Shown: in pieces, positions 18,990 through 30,653 of the stretch
How the letters are laid out: each line of letters begins with the position of its first letter
Position numbering within the stretch: position 1 is the first letter of the stretch
Virus record (IMG/VR): IMGVR_UViG_3300048672_000475
Coordinates: 16,857-80,856 of that record
DNA from: a virus
Strand: one strand, 5' to 3'
Length of the DNA: 64,000 nt
Translations under genes and position numbers: made by a program
Notes under the pieces: generated by a model
Told to the model about the DNA's origin: nothing
The model's database searches: none
What the model saw: only the letters and a program-made list of their open reading frames with translations

Positions 18990-19397
18990 TTAAACCTGCT
19001 TTTGGTTCTCAATATACTGTTTAATTATTTCCAACGGCGCACCGCCCACGGTGGAAACAAAATAAGAATTAGTCCAAAGCGTCGGCAGCCTGGATTTAAG
19101 CTGTTTAAACTCAAGCCGTAAAACGCGCGATGTCCTACCCTTAATGGTTTTAACCAGGCGATGAATGCCAAACTGTGGATCGACCTCAACCAACAAATGT
19201 ACGTGATCCGGCATAACCTCTAACTCAATCATCTCTGATTTAAACTCGATACATACGTCTTGTATAATTTCTTTAAGTCTGGTTTCTATAGTACCAATTA
19301 AAACTTTTCGTCGGTACTTGGGGCACCATACGACGTGGTACTTACACGAATAAACCACATTGCTGTTTGACTTATATTTTATGCTAAAATTGCTCAT
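18990..19397 (-). CDS. tnpA: Y1 (HUH) transposase TnpA
   Basis: YHVVWCPKYRR, DHVHLL, YIENQ. Confidence 0.95.
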   Translation of the reverse strand: MSNFSIKYKSNSNVVYSCKYHVVWCPKYRRKVLIGTIETRLKEIIQDVCIEFKSEMIELEVMPDHVHLLVEVDPQFGIHRLVKTIKGRTSRVLRLEFKQLKSRLPTLWTNSYFVSTVGGAPLEIIKQYIENQKQV

Positions 19398-19529
19398 GTA
19401 ATCAGTATACAGGTATTAGCTATATAGTCAATCAAAGATCAAAATCGCGCGACTTGACCCCATATCTATAAGTTAGGGGGTTGCGCCGCGCTCTTGTTCA
19501 ATATTCTTTCTAGTAGTTGTCGGCTCATC

Positions 19530-19703
19530 CTAGTTCTCCCGCTTTGCTTCACTATCCAACCCTAAAGCCCGTAGGTAACGTGAATACGCATCGAGCTTTG
19601 CCCTACATAACTGCATTTTCAGTTCTTCTACAATAAGCTGGCTCCTAGCGAGATCCGCGTAGGCGGCTAGCACTTCCGCGTTTATTTTTGCCTGGGCGGT
19701 CAT
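19530..19703 (-). CDS. hypothetical protein
   Basis: AACTGGAG RBS at 19711. Confidence 0.55.
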   Translation of the reverse strand: MTAQAKINAEVLAAYADLARSQLIVEELKMQLCRAKLDAYSRYLRALGLDSEAKREN

Positions 19704-20001
19704 TTGTTTTCTCCAGTTTTTCGTCAAAATACGGGCGCTCACGCTCCGTCGTTATCCTCGCCCTCATAGACGGCTTGGTACGCGGCTATAAATGGCGCCA
19801 GCGTCATTTTTGGTTGGTATTTGGTAGCCGGTGGCAACTTGGCTGCTGCCGGTGAAATCATATCCGCGAACCGTTTTAAGATTTCCCGATATTTTTCTAT
19901 TTCATTCGCCATTGTCATCATCACCCCTACGACAAGCGTATAAAAAAGCGACTAACAGTAAGCCGCCCACTATTTGTAATGTGATAAACATATCCAGCCA
20001 T

Positions 20002-20232
20002 TCAGTTTCTACTAACATTGTATCGCTCCTCGATCACTTGGCAGTCTATACAGCGTACTACGCCGGTTATAGCCGCCCGCTTGTGGGGTATGTCGACACC
20101 GCAATCGATGCAGACTTTTTCGCCCTTATCGTTATACTCAGGGGCATGCTGCTCCCGGTGTACATGCTTGAGAATTGCGCGCGCTATGCTAGCAATCTCT
20201 AGGTCGGAGCTAAAATCTGCGTCGTCGGGCAT
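20002..20232 (-). CDS. TraR/DksA C4 zinc-finger protein
   Basis: N-terminal DDADFS, CIDCG..IP..R...RCIDCQ. Confidence 0.85.
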   Translation of the reverse strand: MPDDADFSSDLEIASIARAILKHVHREQHAPEYNDKGEKVCIDCGVDIPHKRAAITGVVRCIDCQVIEERYNVSRN

Positions 20233-20295
20233 CGGAGGTTTCCTCGGTATAAAAAGTTAAGTATCTAATCGGCATTTTAGGGATTAGTCAAGTAA

Positions 20296-20559
20296 TTACC
20301 ACGGCCTGTTAGCTACAAATACGCGGTATTGCCCAGCGCACCCATTTTGCGAAATTTCTCGTAGCTCACCCAGTTCCACCAGCCTATCTATACACGCTAG
20401 CATGTGCCAGCTATCGCCGGCTACGCCTCTTATAATCTCTTGCGCTCGCGCAGCCCCCGCTTCTGCTATTAAGGTTTTAGCCCTATCCCTAATAGCAAGA
20501 AACATTACTTGGCCCTGCTCGGTAAATACGATTTCTCTTTCGGTTTGGTAATCATACAT
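20296..20559 (-). CDS. conserved hypothetical protein
   Basis: RBS GGAG; GDSW..LACIDRLVELGEL. Confidence 0.65.
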   Translation of the reverse strand: MYDYQTEREIVFTEQGQVMFLAIRDRAKTLIAEAGAARAQEIIRGVAGDSWHMLACIDRLVELGELREISQNGCAGQYRVFVANRPW

Positions 20560-20618
20560 AGCAATTCTCCACTATCAATTAGCCAAGTTGGCTGCCAAAA
20601 TAATCCTGCATCGGCATT

Positions 20619-23600
20619 TTAGGGATTAGTCAACAATATCTTGCGGTGCTTGTACAACGCAATTTTCCAGTCTGCGTTCGGCAGCGAACGTGAAATATTC
20701 TCTGTCCTCCCGTCTTCCGAATCTTCTCTCCAGGCTGCTCTGCCGCATGTCGGCTTCTTCTCGTAGGCATACCACATACCATCCTCATCCTGCGCCACCC
20801 AGTTGGTCCACTCAGGTAAATCGGATGGGTCGAAAGGCGCTGTGTGCGGGAAATACCGGGGGAACCGAGGGCCGTTAGAAGACTCGGTAACGTCCGATAG
20901 CGCTTGCGGGGTGCTCACCTCGTTTAGCCCTTGTAGCAAGAGAGTTATTTCGCCCTGCATGCCTTCTACGATGTCGCGAAGGCCTTGGTTCTCGGCCTGT
21001 ATGCGCTCCAGCTTTTTGGCTTTATATTGGAGATCCGCAATCGCTGTTGTTGCATCCGCCATCCCCCTATCGAATCGCGAACCGTCGAACATAGGGTCCA
21101 GGTCGTCCATATCGTACCCATACTTGAGTATTTGCGTTGCCGCGTAGCCATAGCCGTTGTCGTATTCTTCTTTCGCGGCCTCATCCGCTTTGCTTTCCAG
21201 CCATTTTTCGATTCGTTTAAACATGTTCTATTCTCCAGTTTTAGGTATCGGCTCTTGACAGACAGGGCAATCGATAAACGCTACCCAGTCATCACCGTAC
21301 AGCATAGCTTTCGTTTCATCTATGGAAGCTCCATCATCGACCCAGATATTTTTGGGGAAAATAAGCTTATCCTTATTAAGTACCGTTCCGCAGTTATCAC
21401 AGCTAATTAAATTCATGTCGTTCTCCAGTTTGTTCTTGTCTACCCGCCTATATGAGTCGTGGGTTCACCGTTCGGATTTCTCGGCACGCTTCCAACCCAC
21501 TCCGCACCGTCGTAGCAAACCGGAAAATACACGTAGTTTCGGGTCCACGCGGTAAACGGCCTACCTTCTTCGCTCCCATACCCACAATTAAATTCTTCTT
21601 CCAATTCATCCGCGTTAAGGGTTATGGATTCTACGTCCCCAAAAGTTTCGCCTCGTTCATCCAGTGCTTTGGTAATCGCTTTTGTCCAGTTAGTCATCAT
21701 GATCTATTCTCCAGTTTGTTCTTGGTTATGGGTTACGGCGCGGTGAAACTTAGAACCGCCCGCCTGTGTAGAAGTGCGTCTTCCTTAGTGAGATGGATAA
21801 AGCCCATCGAGAGATATTTGTTGATGTGGTACCCTGGGTCCCACCCCGTACGGGCGAAGAAGCTTATTACGTCCGACTCATTAGGCCCGTTAAAATTGGG
21901 AGCCCAATAGCATTCGCAGCGCGTAGGGTCTACTTGTCGAACCGGTTCAGGCACCTCAAAGTCGTTTATCAGAATTGTTTTTGGCTTTACCTGCAACGCA
22001 TCAAAGGCTGGGACGCCGTTAGATTCAGTCCAGATAGACCCTTCATAGTTACTGTTTCTATATTCAATTCTACCGTCTTTTAGCCTATATTCGTTCATGC
22101 TTCCGTTAGTGGTTGTTAGCGTTTCTCCAGCTAACAAGGCCTCAAACATTTCGGTATAGTCTCTCATTTCTATTCTCCAGTTTGTATTCAGTAGGCACTA
22201 TATCGTGTCATATGCTGTAGTGTCAACCTAAAATAAGCCCGACCTCACAATGGCTTCTATCTGATCTAGCTGTAACGTCGGCATCACCAATCTTCGGCTG
22301 GGCCGACGCCAAAAATATTTGAGTTCCAGGGATCGTAAATCGCTACCGGACATCTTAATAGCGTAATCTTTTACGCCTCTAACGCGAATTACATTTCCGC
22401 TTTTCATGTATATTTCCAGTTTCATAGTCCTACCTATACGTGTTGGCCAGCCATTCTATATTGGCAGGCTTTAATTTTTTGGGTGCCTTATGCGCCAAAG
22501 TTCCTTTCTGCCTCCTACAATCGCACGCTACGCAGCAGGGTTTACCAGAAGGTGGCGTGTTCGGGCTTAGCAATTCGCCGCGCTTGTGCTGATTGCAATA
22601 GTAGCAATAGAAGTAGTGGTCGCTCATAGCGGCAACGACATTAGACTTGCCACGATAATGATGGCCCATACCTGCCAAGTGTCGGGGCCGAACCCCATCT
22701 GCGCCAAGATAGCTCCGATGACTGCAGATGATAAAATGTTGAGCATTAGCTTAAGCCTTTTCATTTTCAATTCTCCAGTTAATGGTTCCGGCTATCCGGA
22801 CCTCGGCGAATAAATCCGAGGGCGTCTATTTGATCTTGGTCTTCGCCGGTACAAAATTCTTCGTACTGATCGCCGAACCAATACCAATACCAACGGCTTA
22901 AACGCTCTTTCAACCGCTTAATCATTTTCAATTCTCCAGTTATATGTTCGCCAGATGGTCGGGTTACTCAGGTTTGAACCGCGCGTTGTAAACGCGGGTT
23001 GCGTTCTCGTATTCCGCGTCAAACTCGCTCTGCGCTTGCTTGGTAACGATATAGTTCTGCAACTGTGCCTCTGTCATGCGCTTGAACTGGTTGGTTTCAA
23101 AGATGTAATCCTCGTATCCGTCCCGGTACTGCGCGGCGAACTCTGGGGGAGATGGCGGGTTATACCGGGCGCCGGCTTTAGAGTCGGAATACCCATCATA
23201 GTAAAAACTGTTTTGTTGGTCCTGGTTCATCATTGTAGTACCTCGGTTGTAGGGTGGTGTGGGGTAGTAGGATGCGGCATATGAAATGCTATGACATCCA
23301 TAATGTCTACCACTATATTTTTTACGACTATCGGATCTAAGTCCAGTGTCTCCAGTACTTTCTCGATGTCGTTTCTTAACTTTACGTTTACGGGCATTTT
23401 CTCTTCTCCAGTTTTAAATTAGCAGTCGCAATCCATGGTCGGGTTAGCCTAGTCCTTCCAGTGGGTCTAGCAAGGCGGATTGAATTTTCAAGGTTTACCC
23501 CCGTATGCCGCATCCACCGCTTGCATTAGCATAGCGACAAACTCATCCACTTCTAATTTGAAATTATTAATTTCTATCACGTACGGCGGCAGATTTTCTT

Positions 23601-23742
23601 GCGGGATGCCTCGATACCGCTCTATATACCCTTTGGTAACCGAGTTCGGCGGAGTTATACCCTTATTCATCTGGTCTATAGTATGTAATCGCATTGCCAC
23701 GATGCGTGTAAACTTCTCTGCTAATAGTCTTCTTGGTGACAT
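20619..23742 (-). CDS. run of small hypothetical early genes (20619-21224, 21228-21416, 21440-21700, 21733-22167, 22228-22425, 22430-22678, 22964-23233, 23488-23742 and shorter ORFs)
   Basis: Most starts preceded by AACTGGAGAA; internal promoter TTGACA-18-TATAGT at ~22197-22226. Confidence 0.65.
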
Positions 23743-23770
23743 GATTTACTCCCCTGTTTCGAGGGTCGGG

Positions 23771-24607
23771 TTAGTCTAGCCCTTCCAGTGGGTCGGCGGT
23801 TTCTTTTTTACCAAACGCCATGGTCGTTTGGAACGTCGACTGCTTGGCCTCTTCCTGGGTCAACTCGCCCTCGTTAATGAAGTACGAGTGGACCAAATTG
23901 GAAATGATCCGGGCGCCGATGGTATTGTTTTCGTAGTTTTCGACGATGTACTTGCCGATTACCGTGGTGCAGTCCTTCTTTTTGACCGCAGGAAATAACT
24001 TCAAGTAGTCATGCAACAGCGCGCTATCGTTCAGGATTTTAAGCAGTTCGTCAATGGTCAGCTTGCGCAAATTGAACACTAACCCTACTCGGCCCAAGAA
24101 TTCCGTCTTAACACCGAAGTCGCGTAACCGGTCCAGGGTGATCGACTGTTCACCGTTGAATGCGCCGGCAAATACGAACAATACATTGTCGACCGAGGCG
24201 TTAACATATTTGCCATAGTCGCCATACACCGAGGCTATGTTCGACTCTAACACTTTCAGAAATTCGTTCTGCACACCGTTGGTTGTTTCATGGGCTAATT
24301 GGCTATTGCTGTTGCCTGATATAAAGAGCTTGTCAAACTCGTCGACAAAGCATACGGTCATCCGGTTACCGCAAGTGATGAGTGGCGTTAACGCTTTGCT
24401 CAAGCTGTTGCCGCTGGTCCCTTCTTTGGTCAACTGCGCGGCGTTAACTTCCAGGTAGTTCAGATTCGCTTGGGCTGTGAGCTGCTGGATAGTGTAGCTC
24501 TTGCCCGCACCGCTGGCGCCAACGACGATAAAATGGGGTCGTATTTTGGCCTTGCTCGTTTTGAAAATGTTGATAACTCGTTGGATCTTTTCGATTTCGG
24601 TTTGCAT
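23771..24607 (-). CDS. ClpX/HslU-like AAA+ ATPase (short form)
   Basis: GASGAGKS, FVDEFDKL, GVQNEFLK, LFVFAGAF, EFLGRV, GAR. Confidence 0.82.
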   Translation of the reverse strand: MQTEIEKIQRVINIFKTSKAKIRPHFIVVGASGAGKSYTIQQLTAQANLNYLEVNAAQLTKEGTSGNSLSKALTPLITCGNRMTVCFVDEFDKLFISGNSNSQLAHETTNGVQNEFLKVLESNIASVYGDYGKYVNASVDNVLFVFAGAFNGEQSITLDRLRDFGVKTEFLGRVGLVFNLRKLTIDELLKILNDSALLHDYLKLFPAVKKKDCTTVIGKYIVENYENNTIGARIISNLVHSYFINEGELTQEEAKQSTFQTTMAFGKKETADPLEGLD

Positions 24608-24884
24608 GTTTTGTTCTCCAGTTTTAAAGGTTCGCCCAGGTGGTCGGGTTAAGCTATCCGCTCAATGCGCAATAGCAATTGCGTTTTGTTAGCCGTTTCT
24701 ACGGCCAGCACTATCCGGCAACTAAACTGCATGCCGGCCATTTTCTTGCCATACCGACAGTGGCAGGTTACGCGGCTGGCGCATCGCTTGGCAACGGATT
24801 CGTTAATCACTTCTTTGTATACCGCCTCGCCGGGTTGTAAGGCCGCTGCGAGGGTTAGAATGTTTTTGGTGTCGGTAATCATGG

Positions 24885-25332
24885 CTACTGTTCCCTGAAT
24901 GTCATCGGAAATACTACAATGCTGCCTTTCTTTACGGCTTGCATTGCAATACGGCCTTCCTGGTTGCGCCACATCGTTTCGCCTTTGTGGGTCAGTTTGA
25001 CGTACAGCCATTGTCCGCCACAGTCTTTTTGTAATTGTTTGATTACGCTCATTTCGGTTTGCATGTTTTGTTCTCCAGTTTTGAGCCTTTTAAAGCATCT
25101 CTGTTTCAATTTCTGTGTACATTTTTGATATTTCCACTTTTATGACGCGGAAGCCTGTAAAACTTCGCCATTCTTCGGCTTCTTTTTTAGCGTATTTAAT
25201 GTCTATATAGGGATTACCGTATCTTACGGAGCCGTCCAGTCCTATAACATCTACTCTGTACAGAGTAGTTTCGTCGACCGCAAAAACACCGGCTTTTACC
25301 TTGTACTTAATGAGTTTGATTACACCGCTCAT
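24885..25332 (-). CDS. two small hypothetical genes (24885-25064, 25090-25332)
   Basis: AACTGGAG RBS before each. Confidence 0.6.
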
Positions 25333-25335
25333 GAT

Positions 25336-25837
25336 CTATTCTCCAGTTTTGTTTATTGTTTCGGTGGTCGGGTTAGGTGGTAGCGGTATCCAGCCTTTTA
25401 TGCTGTCGGTTACGGTCCAGTTTTCTGCGCAGTCTGTGTGCCAAGCCATTTTGCCCGTCTCGATATCTTTTGTCGCATACGCCACAAACCATTGGTCGTC
25501 ATCCCACGCTAGTACGGGGGTGGAAGCCTCAGCGTCTAAATAATAGTCCTGGTCTTCACTGAGCGGCGGCATTACGTCGGGTTTATTTAGGGTAGTCATA
25601 TCGTGCCTCAATGGCTGGGTTAGGTGGTAGCGGTATCCAGCCTTTTATGCTGTCGGTTACTATCCACTTCTCCGAGCAGTTGGTATACCAATTCATTTTG
25701 ACGGTTCCACAATCCCGCATGCAAAAAGCGACGTACCATTCCCCTCCCCAGGCTAATACCGGTACTGAGACTTCAGTACCAAACGCGTCTTGGTATTCGA
25801 TAGGCGGCATTACATCGGGTTTATTTAGGGTAGTCAT
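25336..25837 (-). CDS. tandem paralogous pair, DUF551-like (25336-25599, 25583-25837)
   Basis: Both MTTLNKPDVMPP...PVLAW...VTDSIKGWIPLPPNP. Confidence 0.7.
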
Positions 25838-28800
25838 AGGGTGCTCCAATGGTCGGGTTGATAGCTTGGTACAAGGTCGAAAAATTATTCTTTTTTACTT
25901 CCGATACCACCGAGGATATCCGTTCTTCGGATATCCCTTTATCCCGGAGCAAAATAAAGATCGCGTGTTCTAGCCTCGCGCGGTCGTTTATAAATCTTTG
26001 AGCGTCCTTTATGCTCTTCTGATACATCCCTTCGTTGTTGTGGTATCCCATTAGTTAAAAGCCTTGTACCTACGCCACTCGGACCAAAATTGCTTTCCGG
26101 TTAATGGCTTTTCTATGTCGTGGTCTTTCCAACCCTGGCCGGATTTACCGTTGTAAAAGTAAAGAAAATAGGTTCCTCCAATTAAGTCGTTTACCTTGGC
26201 TGCGCCTACGCCTTTTACATAAACGCAGTCGCCTATTTTGTATCTCAATTTGCTGGGCATGGTCTGCTCCTGTGGTCGGGTTAGCAAATTTGGTCAACAT
26301 GACCAGTCCGGCGCATAGCAAAGCAAATACAGTCCCATATCTGCTCGAACGGTACGCTGATCGCGCTATAGCCATGGCTGTTGTATTGTTCGAGCCGATA
26401 GCCCGTGCCTTGCCAGTCGGACCCATAAAATATTCTGTTTTTGAGCGGTGGCATTTTGATTACCTCTTCGGTTTTGTTTGAAAGTTTCGGTCAGTCTATC
26501 TTGATTTTCGGCTATGTGTCAAGTGCTAAATGGTCGGGTTAGGTGTTCCCGTTAATGCTGTACCGGGATCTCAAAATTTTAATCGCCTGGGCGTCTTGCG
26601 CGGGCGTCAGGTATAAGTGGTCGTATTCCACCTCTCGCCACGCAATTTCTGTTTTAGCCGATACCAGGAACCAATCTTTTGTCCTGCGTTCCAGCTTTAC
26701 ACGGGTTACTATCCGGCTGTTTCTGTACCTGTTGGGTAGCTTGGCCCCTGATCGGCTATCCAGGGTCGCACCGGACTTGTACTTATCGTATGCCAGCAAA
26801 GTGGTTAGCTCTTTCTCGGCTCTGTGGGCAAGCCCTCGCATTTCGCTATACCTTATGTACGTGTGGGCCTCGGCAGACCCGTTAGCGGCCCTTAAAGCCG
26901 CTTCGATTCCACTGGCGTTGTTGTCTGTAATTTTAATCGGTTTCATGGTCTAATCCTCTTCGGTTTGGGTGATCGGCTTTTAAGATTTCTATCTGCCCGT
27001 ATGAAAATTCTACTTCCACTTCATACACCGCGAAAAACTCCGCGAGTATTGGATCGCTTTGCCGGTCGGCTTCCGCGTCTTCACGCGTAAAGTACAATTT
27101 TTCGGTTGATTTCTCCAACTCGACAAAAAGTCGGGCGTGTTTTGGCTTACGCTGGATGATATAAGCTACATAAGACATGCGGCATGCTCCTCTGCTTGCC
27201 TCGGTGTGTAGAGTAAGCCCCATGCCGCGCCCGGACTTTTGCGCGCCATCACTGAGCCGTCAGCTTTGAATTTCAGGGTATAGGGCGCCCAGTGTAAGCG
27301 GATTGCTTGTTTTTGTTTTGCGGTTAGTGGTTTCACGGTCTGATCCTCTTCGGTTTTGATGGTCGGCTTTCCCGGTCGGGTTAGTCAAGTATCATGGTAT
27401 CTTCAAAAGGTAATTCTTGCCCTTTCCAGCTAACAAGCCACTCCCGTTTTCGGGCATAGACTTGGAATCCAAGATTGTCCTGGCTGCTGGCTTGGTTCAT
27501 TGCTAGTTTGGTCGTGTTGGTACGATAGCCGGCGCTATTCAACATGATTTTACCGTCCTGGAACACGCCGACAACGGGCGTTGAGTGGTAAAAATAGTTA
27601 CGGGTGCCGGTGTGTGGGTTGGTTTCGATTCTGCGGGCGGTGCCACGGAATATTTGAGATTGTGCCATGTTCTGGCCCTCTTCGGTTTGATGGTCGGTGT
27701 CTGGGTTATAGGCTGTTATAGCGTTTCATGCTGTCTTGGTACCGCTTTCCAGGGCACAGGGCTCGAAATAAGTTGTATTGCGCCGCAAATAGCATGTCCA
27801 TACCGCAGCCCGATATCCGACGGTTTTTATCGCACCCTGCCAGCTTATAGATAAAGCCGGGGGCGCCGTGTAGTTCGTTGTTTTTGATGATTGCAATGGC
27901 AATCGTGCGGCTCATACCGGACCGGCTAACGCTTTCGACGGCTGTATAATATCGGCCTTTTACCAGGGCTTCGGCAAAATTGGTCAGGTGTTTGATGGTC
28001 CAGTTTAGGTCCGCGTAGGGGTCGGCTTTGCAGATTTCAGCGGCTAATTTTTCGATGTGTTTGGTCGGTTTCATGGTCGGGCCTCTTCGGTTTTGGTGGT
28101 CGGTGTCTGGGTTTTGCCATCCCTGGCTTGGGTAATCGGGTTAGCTAATATATTGGCCTACAACAACGGATTCGCCTGTGTCGTCTAGGCGGATCAATAA
28201 CCCGCTAAAAAACGAGTCGCCTTTATACCCGTGCCAATCACCGGGAAATGGGCTATTTTTATCCAGCCGCATAAAATCGCCTAATGTGTACACGTTGCCC
28301 TTGTACCGGAAAAACTCAATAGGGGCTGAGGTTTCCGTAAAATCCGAGTACCAATCGAATTCGGCTTTTTCTTTCTCGGTCAAATCGAACCATGAAAGCA
28401 ATTCGCGGGGTTGGTTGTTGGTGCGGATTTCTGGGGCGTTTTCGGTTGTCATGGTCGGGCCTCTTCGGTCTGTTGTTACTAAATTTTCGGTCAGCTTATC
28501 GCGGTTTTCTTACTGTGTCAAGTGCTTTTGGCCTTTATTTATCGGCTTCGGTTGTCGGGTTAGTTCGCCCAGGGAAGGGCTAAACAGAGGATATGACCGC
28601 GCGTAAGTAGTCTACGTTTGCTTTGTTGGTGTAGCAAATATTCGGTTAGCTTGTCGCGGTCTGCTGTAAAGGAAATCTGGTTGACTTCGCGTAATAGCTC
28701 TTCGAAGTTTATGATTAATCCGCTACTCGCGGCGGCATAGGTGGCGGACCTTTGGCCACCGTGCCAGTCGTATAACATCGCTCTTGCTGTTTTTTGCTTA

Positions 28801-30115
28801 ATCATGGCTCGTTCCTCTTCGGTGGTTAGTTAATAATTTTTGCGCGTTCGGTCGTTGTTAGCGCGGGTAAAATTTCCGTTATGGCCTGTACTTTGTCGGG
28901 TTCTATTCTCCAATGTTCGGCGGGTTCTAGCACTACTAAGCGGCGATTTAGGGTTTTTATTATGTAAAACAATCCCGGCGGTTCGTTTTCCTCGGGGAGA
29001 TAAACTTTATCTCCTGGTTCGTATCGAATTCGCATTTTGTGTGGCTCCGGTGGCTGGGTTATAAAATGATTTTTAATACTATCTGTTCGGCTTTGGCTGC
29101 GGTTCTCAGCTCCGGCAAGGTGAACATATATAGATTTTCGTCTCCGTCGATGCCATACGCGGCGCCGATGTCGGGATTGTGGCCTAGATAGTGCGCGGTA
29201 ACTTTTCTATTTTGTTGCGCGGCTCTTAACGTTTCGCGGGCTATGCGGGCCATCATTTCTGCGTGTTCGCGCAGTTCTTCGGGTGTGTAGTCGTCCATAT
29301 GCTTCCTCTTCGGTTTTGGTTAGGTGTTTTTCATAGGCTCCCTGCTTGCGCTGGAAGCCTAAAAAATAGCCTAAATCGGACCGAGTATTTTAGCCACGGC
29401 GTACCAGCCGGCGGCAAGCGTTATCAGTACCGCCACGGCGGCGGAAAGCCGCAGGTCGAATTTTAAGCGGTTTATCGTTTCGCCTTGCTGTTCCTGCGTC
29501 ATCATGTAGCGGTTTATCGCCTCGGATCGTGTCGCGGCTTCCTGGGCGCGGATAGCTTGCCGTGCGTTTTCGATTTGTTGCTGTGTTTTGGTTTTCATTG
29601 TTTCGACTCCTGGTTAGGTAACATTACCTCGTAAAATTCAAACCCTCGCCAGCCGCCAGCTACGCGGGCTTCCTGTCTTTGTTCGTCTATCTTTTCAACT
29701 CTGCCAATCCACAGGGCTTGTGTGGTGGGGTTTTTCAAAAATTTATTCTCTACGAGTTGTGAGGGGGCGTATACGCACTCTCTTTTATAGTTGCGGCGTA
29801 GGTCGCCACGTATCGCCACTAAATCACCTATTTTTAACTTAGCCATTGTTCTGTGTCCTGTTTGGTTACTTTTGCGCATTTTGACAATATTTTTATTTTG
29901 CCCTTTTCGCGTTCTGCTATGCCGGCGGCGTTGTATGTTTGTCGCTTCGCGCCGGTGCGTGACGTATAGCCGTCGGGTGATTCGCCGTCTATCGCTACGA
30001 CTTCGACAACCTGGGCGCGCTTTACGCTTATCTGCTCGGCTTGTGCGGTTATCATGACGGACCGCCAGCCAGCCGGCACCATCACCGCCGTTTTGTATTT
30101 TATTTGCACGTTCAT
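25821..30115 (-). CDS. run of small hypothetical early genes (e.g. 25821-26051, 26281-26454, 26539-26946, 27381-27668, 27706-28074, 28141-28452, 28560-28805, 28826-29035, 29059-29298, 29371-29598)
   Basis: Many starts preceded by CCGAAGAGG and many stops followed by CCCGACC; promoters TTGACA-18-TAGACT (~26493-26522) and TTGACA-17-TAAGCT (~28493-28521). Confidence 0.65.
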
Positions 30116-30129
30116 TGTTTGGGTCCTGG

Positions 30130-30594
30130 TTAGTCGTTTAGGTATTCCAGATAATCGCAATAGCTCCGGGCTACTTCCTCGCCCGCGTACCATGCAAGCG
30201 CGTTGTGTATCTGGGTATAGTCTGCGCTTCCGTCGTCGTCTTTGGGTTCTCGGCCTAGTGCTAGGGTAGCGATTCTGCCGGGGCTGAGGTCCAAACCTTT
30301 TAGACAATTAAAACCGGCGATCATTGCAAAAGCGTCCGCTTCGCCATAGTCGCGGGCCTGTTGTTCGGCAAGTTCTAAAATGTGTTTTTTGTGCTTTTTG
30401 GAAAAAGGCACTGTATCAGGATAATAATAGATAAATCCGCCTATTCCGCCAGCCATGCCATAACTGGTTATGTCGGGCGCTTTCTCTTGGAAGCTTTCCC
30501 AACCGCCAAGCTGCTTGATTACCGCGCGGATTAGCGGCGCGGGGATTGACGATTGTTTAATAAAATCGGTTTGTGTTGGTGTTTTTGCGGTCAT
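30130..30594 (-). CDS. conserved early phage protein
   Basis: DI..YG..GG..GFIYY.DT...NALAWYA.EE pattern; CCGAAGAGG RBS. Confidence 0.65.
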   Translation of the reverse strand: MTAKTPTQTDFIKQSSIPAPLIRAVIKQLGGWESFQEKAPDITSYGMAGGIGGFIYYYPDTVPFSKKHKKHILELAEQQARDYGEADAFAMIAGFNCLKGLDLSPGRIATLALGREPKDDDGSADYTQIHNALAWYAGEEVARSYCDYLEYLND

Positions 30595-30653
30595 GGTGTC
30601 GCCTCTTCGGTTTGTGTTTGTGTTTGGGTTTTATTGGGTTTGGCTTTGGGTGT

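Larger units (their letters stand above)
17896..19496 (-). mobile_element. IS200/IS605-family insertion sequence (tnpA+tnpB)
   Basis: Subterminal hairpins at ~17901-17927 and ~19455-19482; right end ...GTTCAA; TTGAA immediately 5' of the left end; no TSD. Confidence 0.85.

Noticed and set aside
17560-19742. TAG read-through or recoding suggested by an in-frame continuation across the IS-free junction
   Set aside because: Conserved genes are intact under code 11, TAG is used as a normal stop, and the downstream ORF has its own RBS; likely chance
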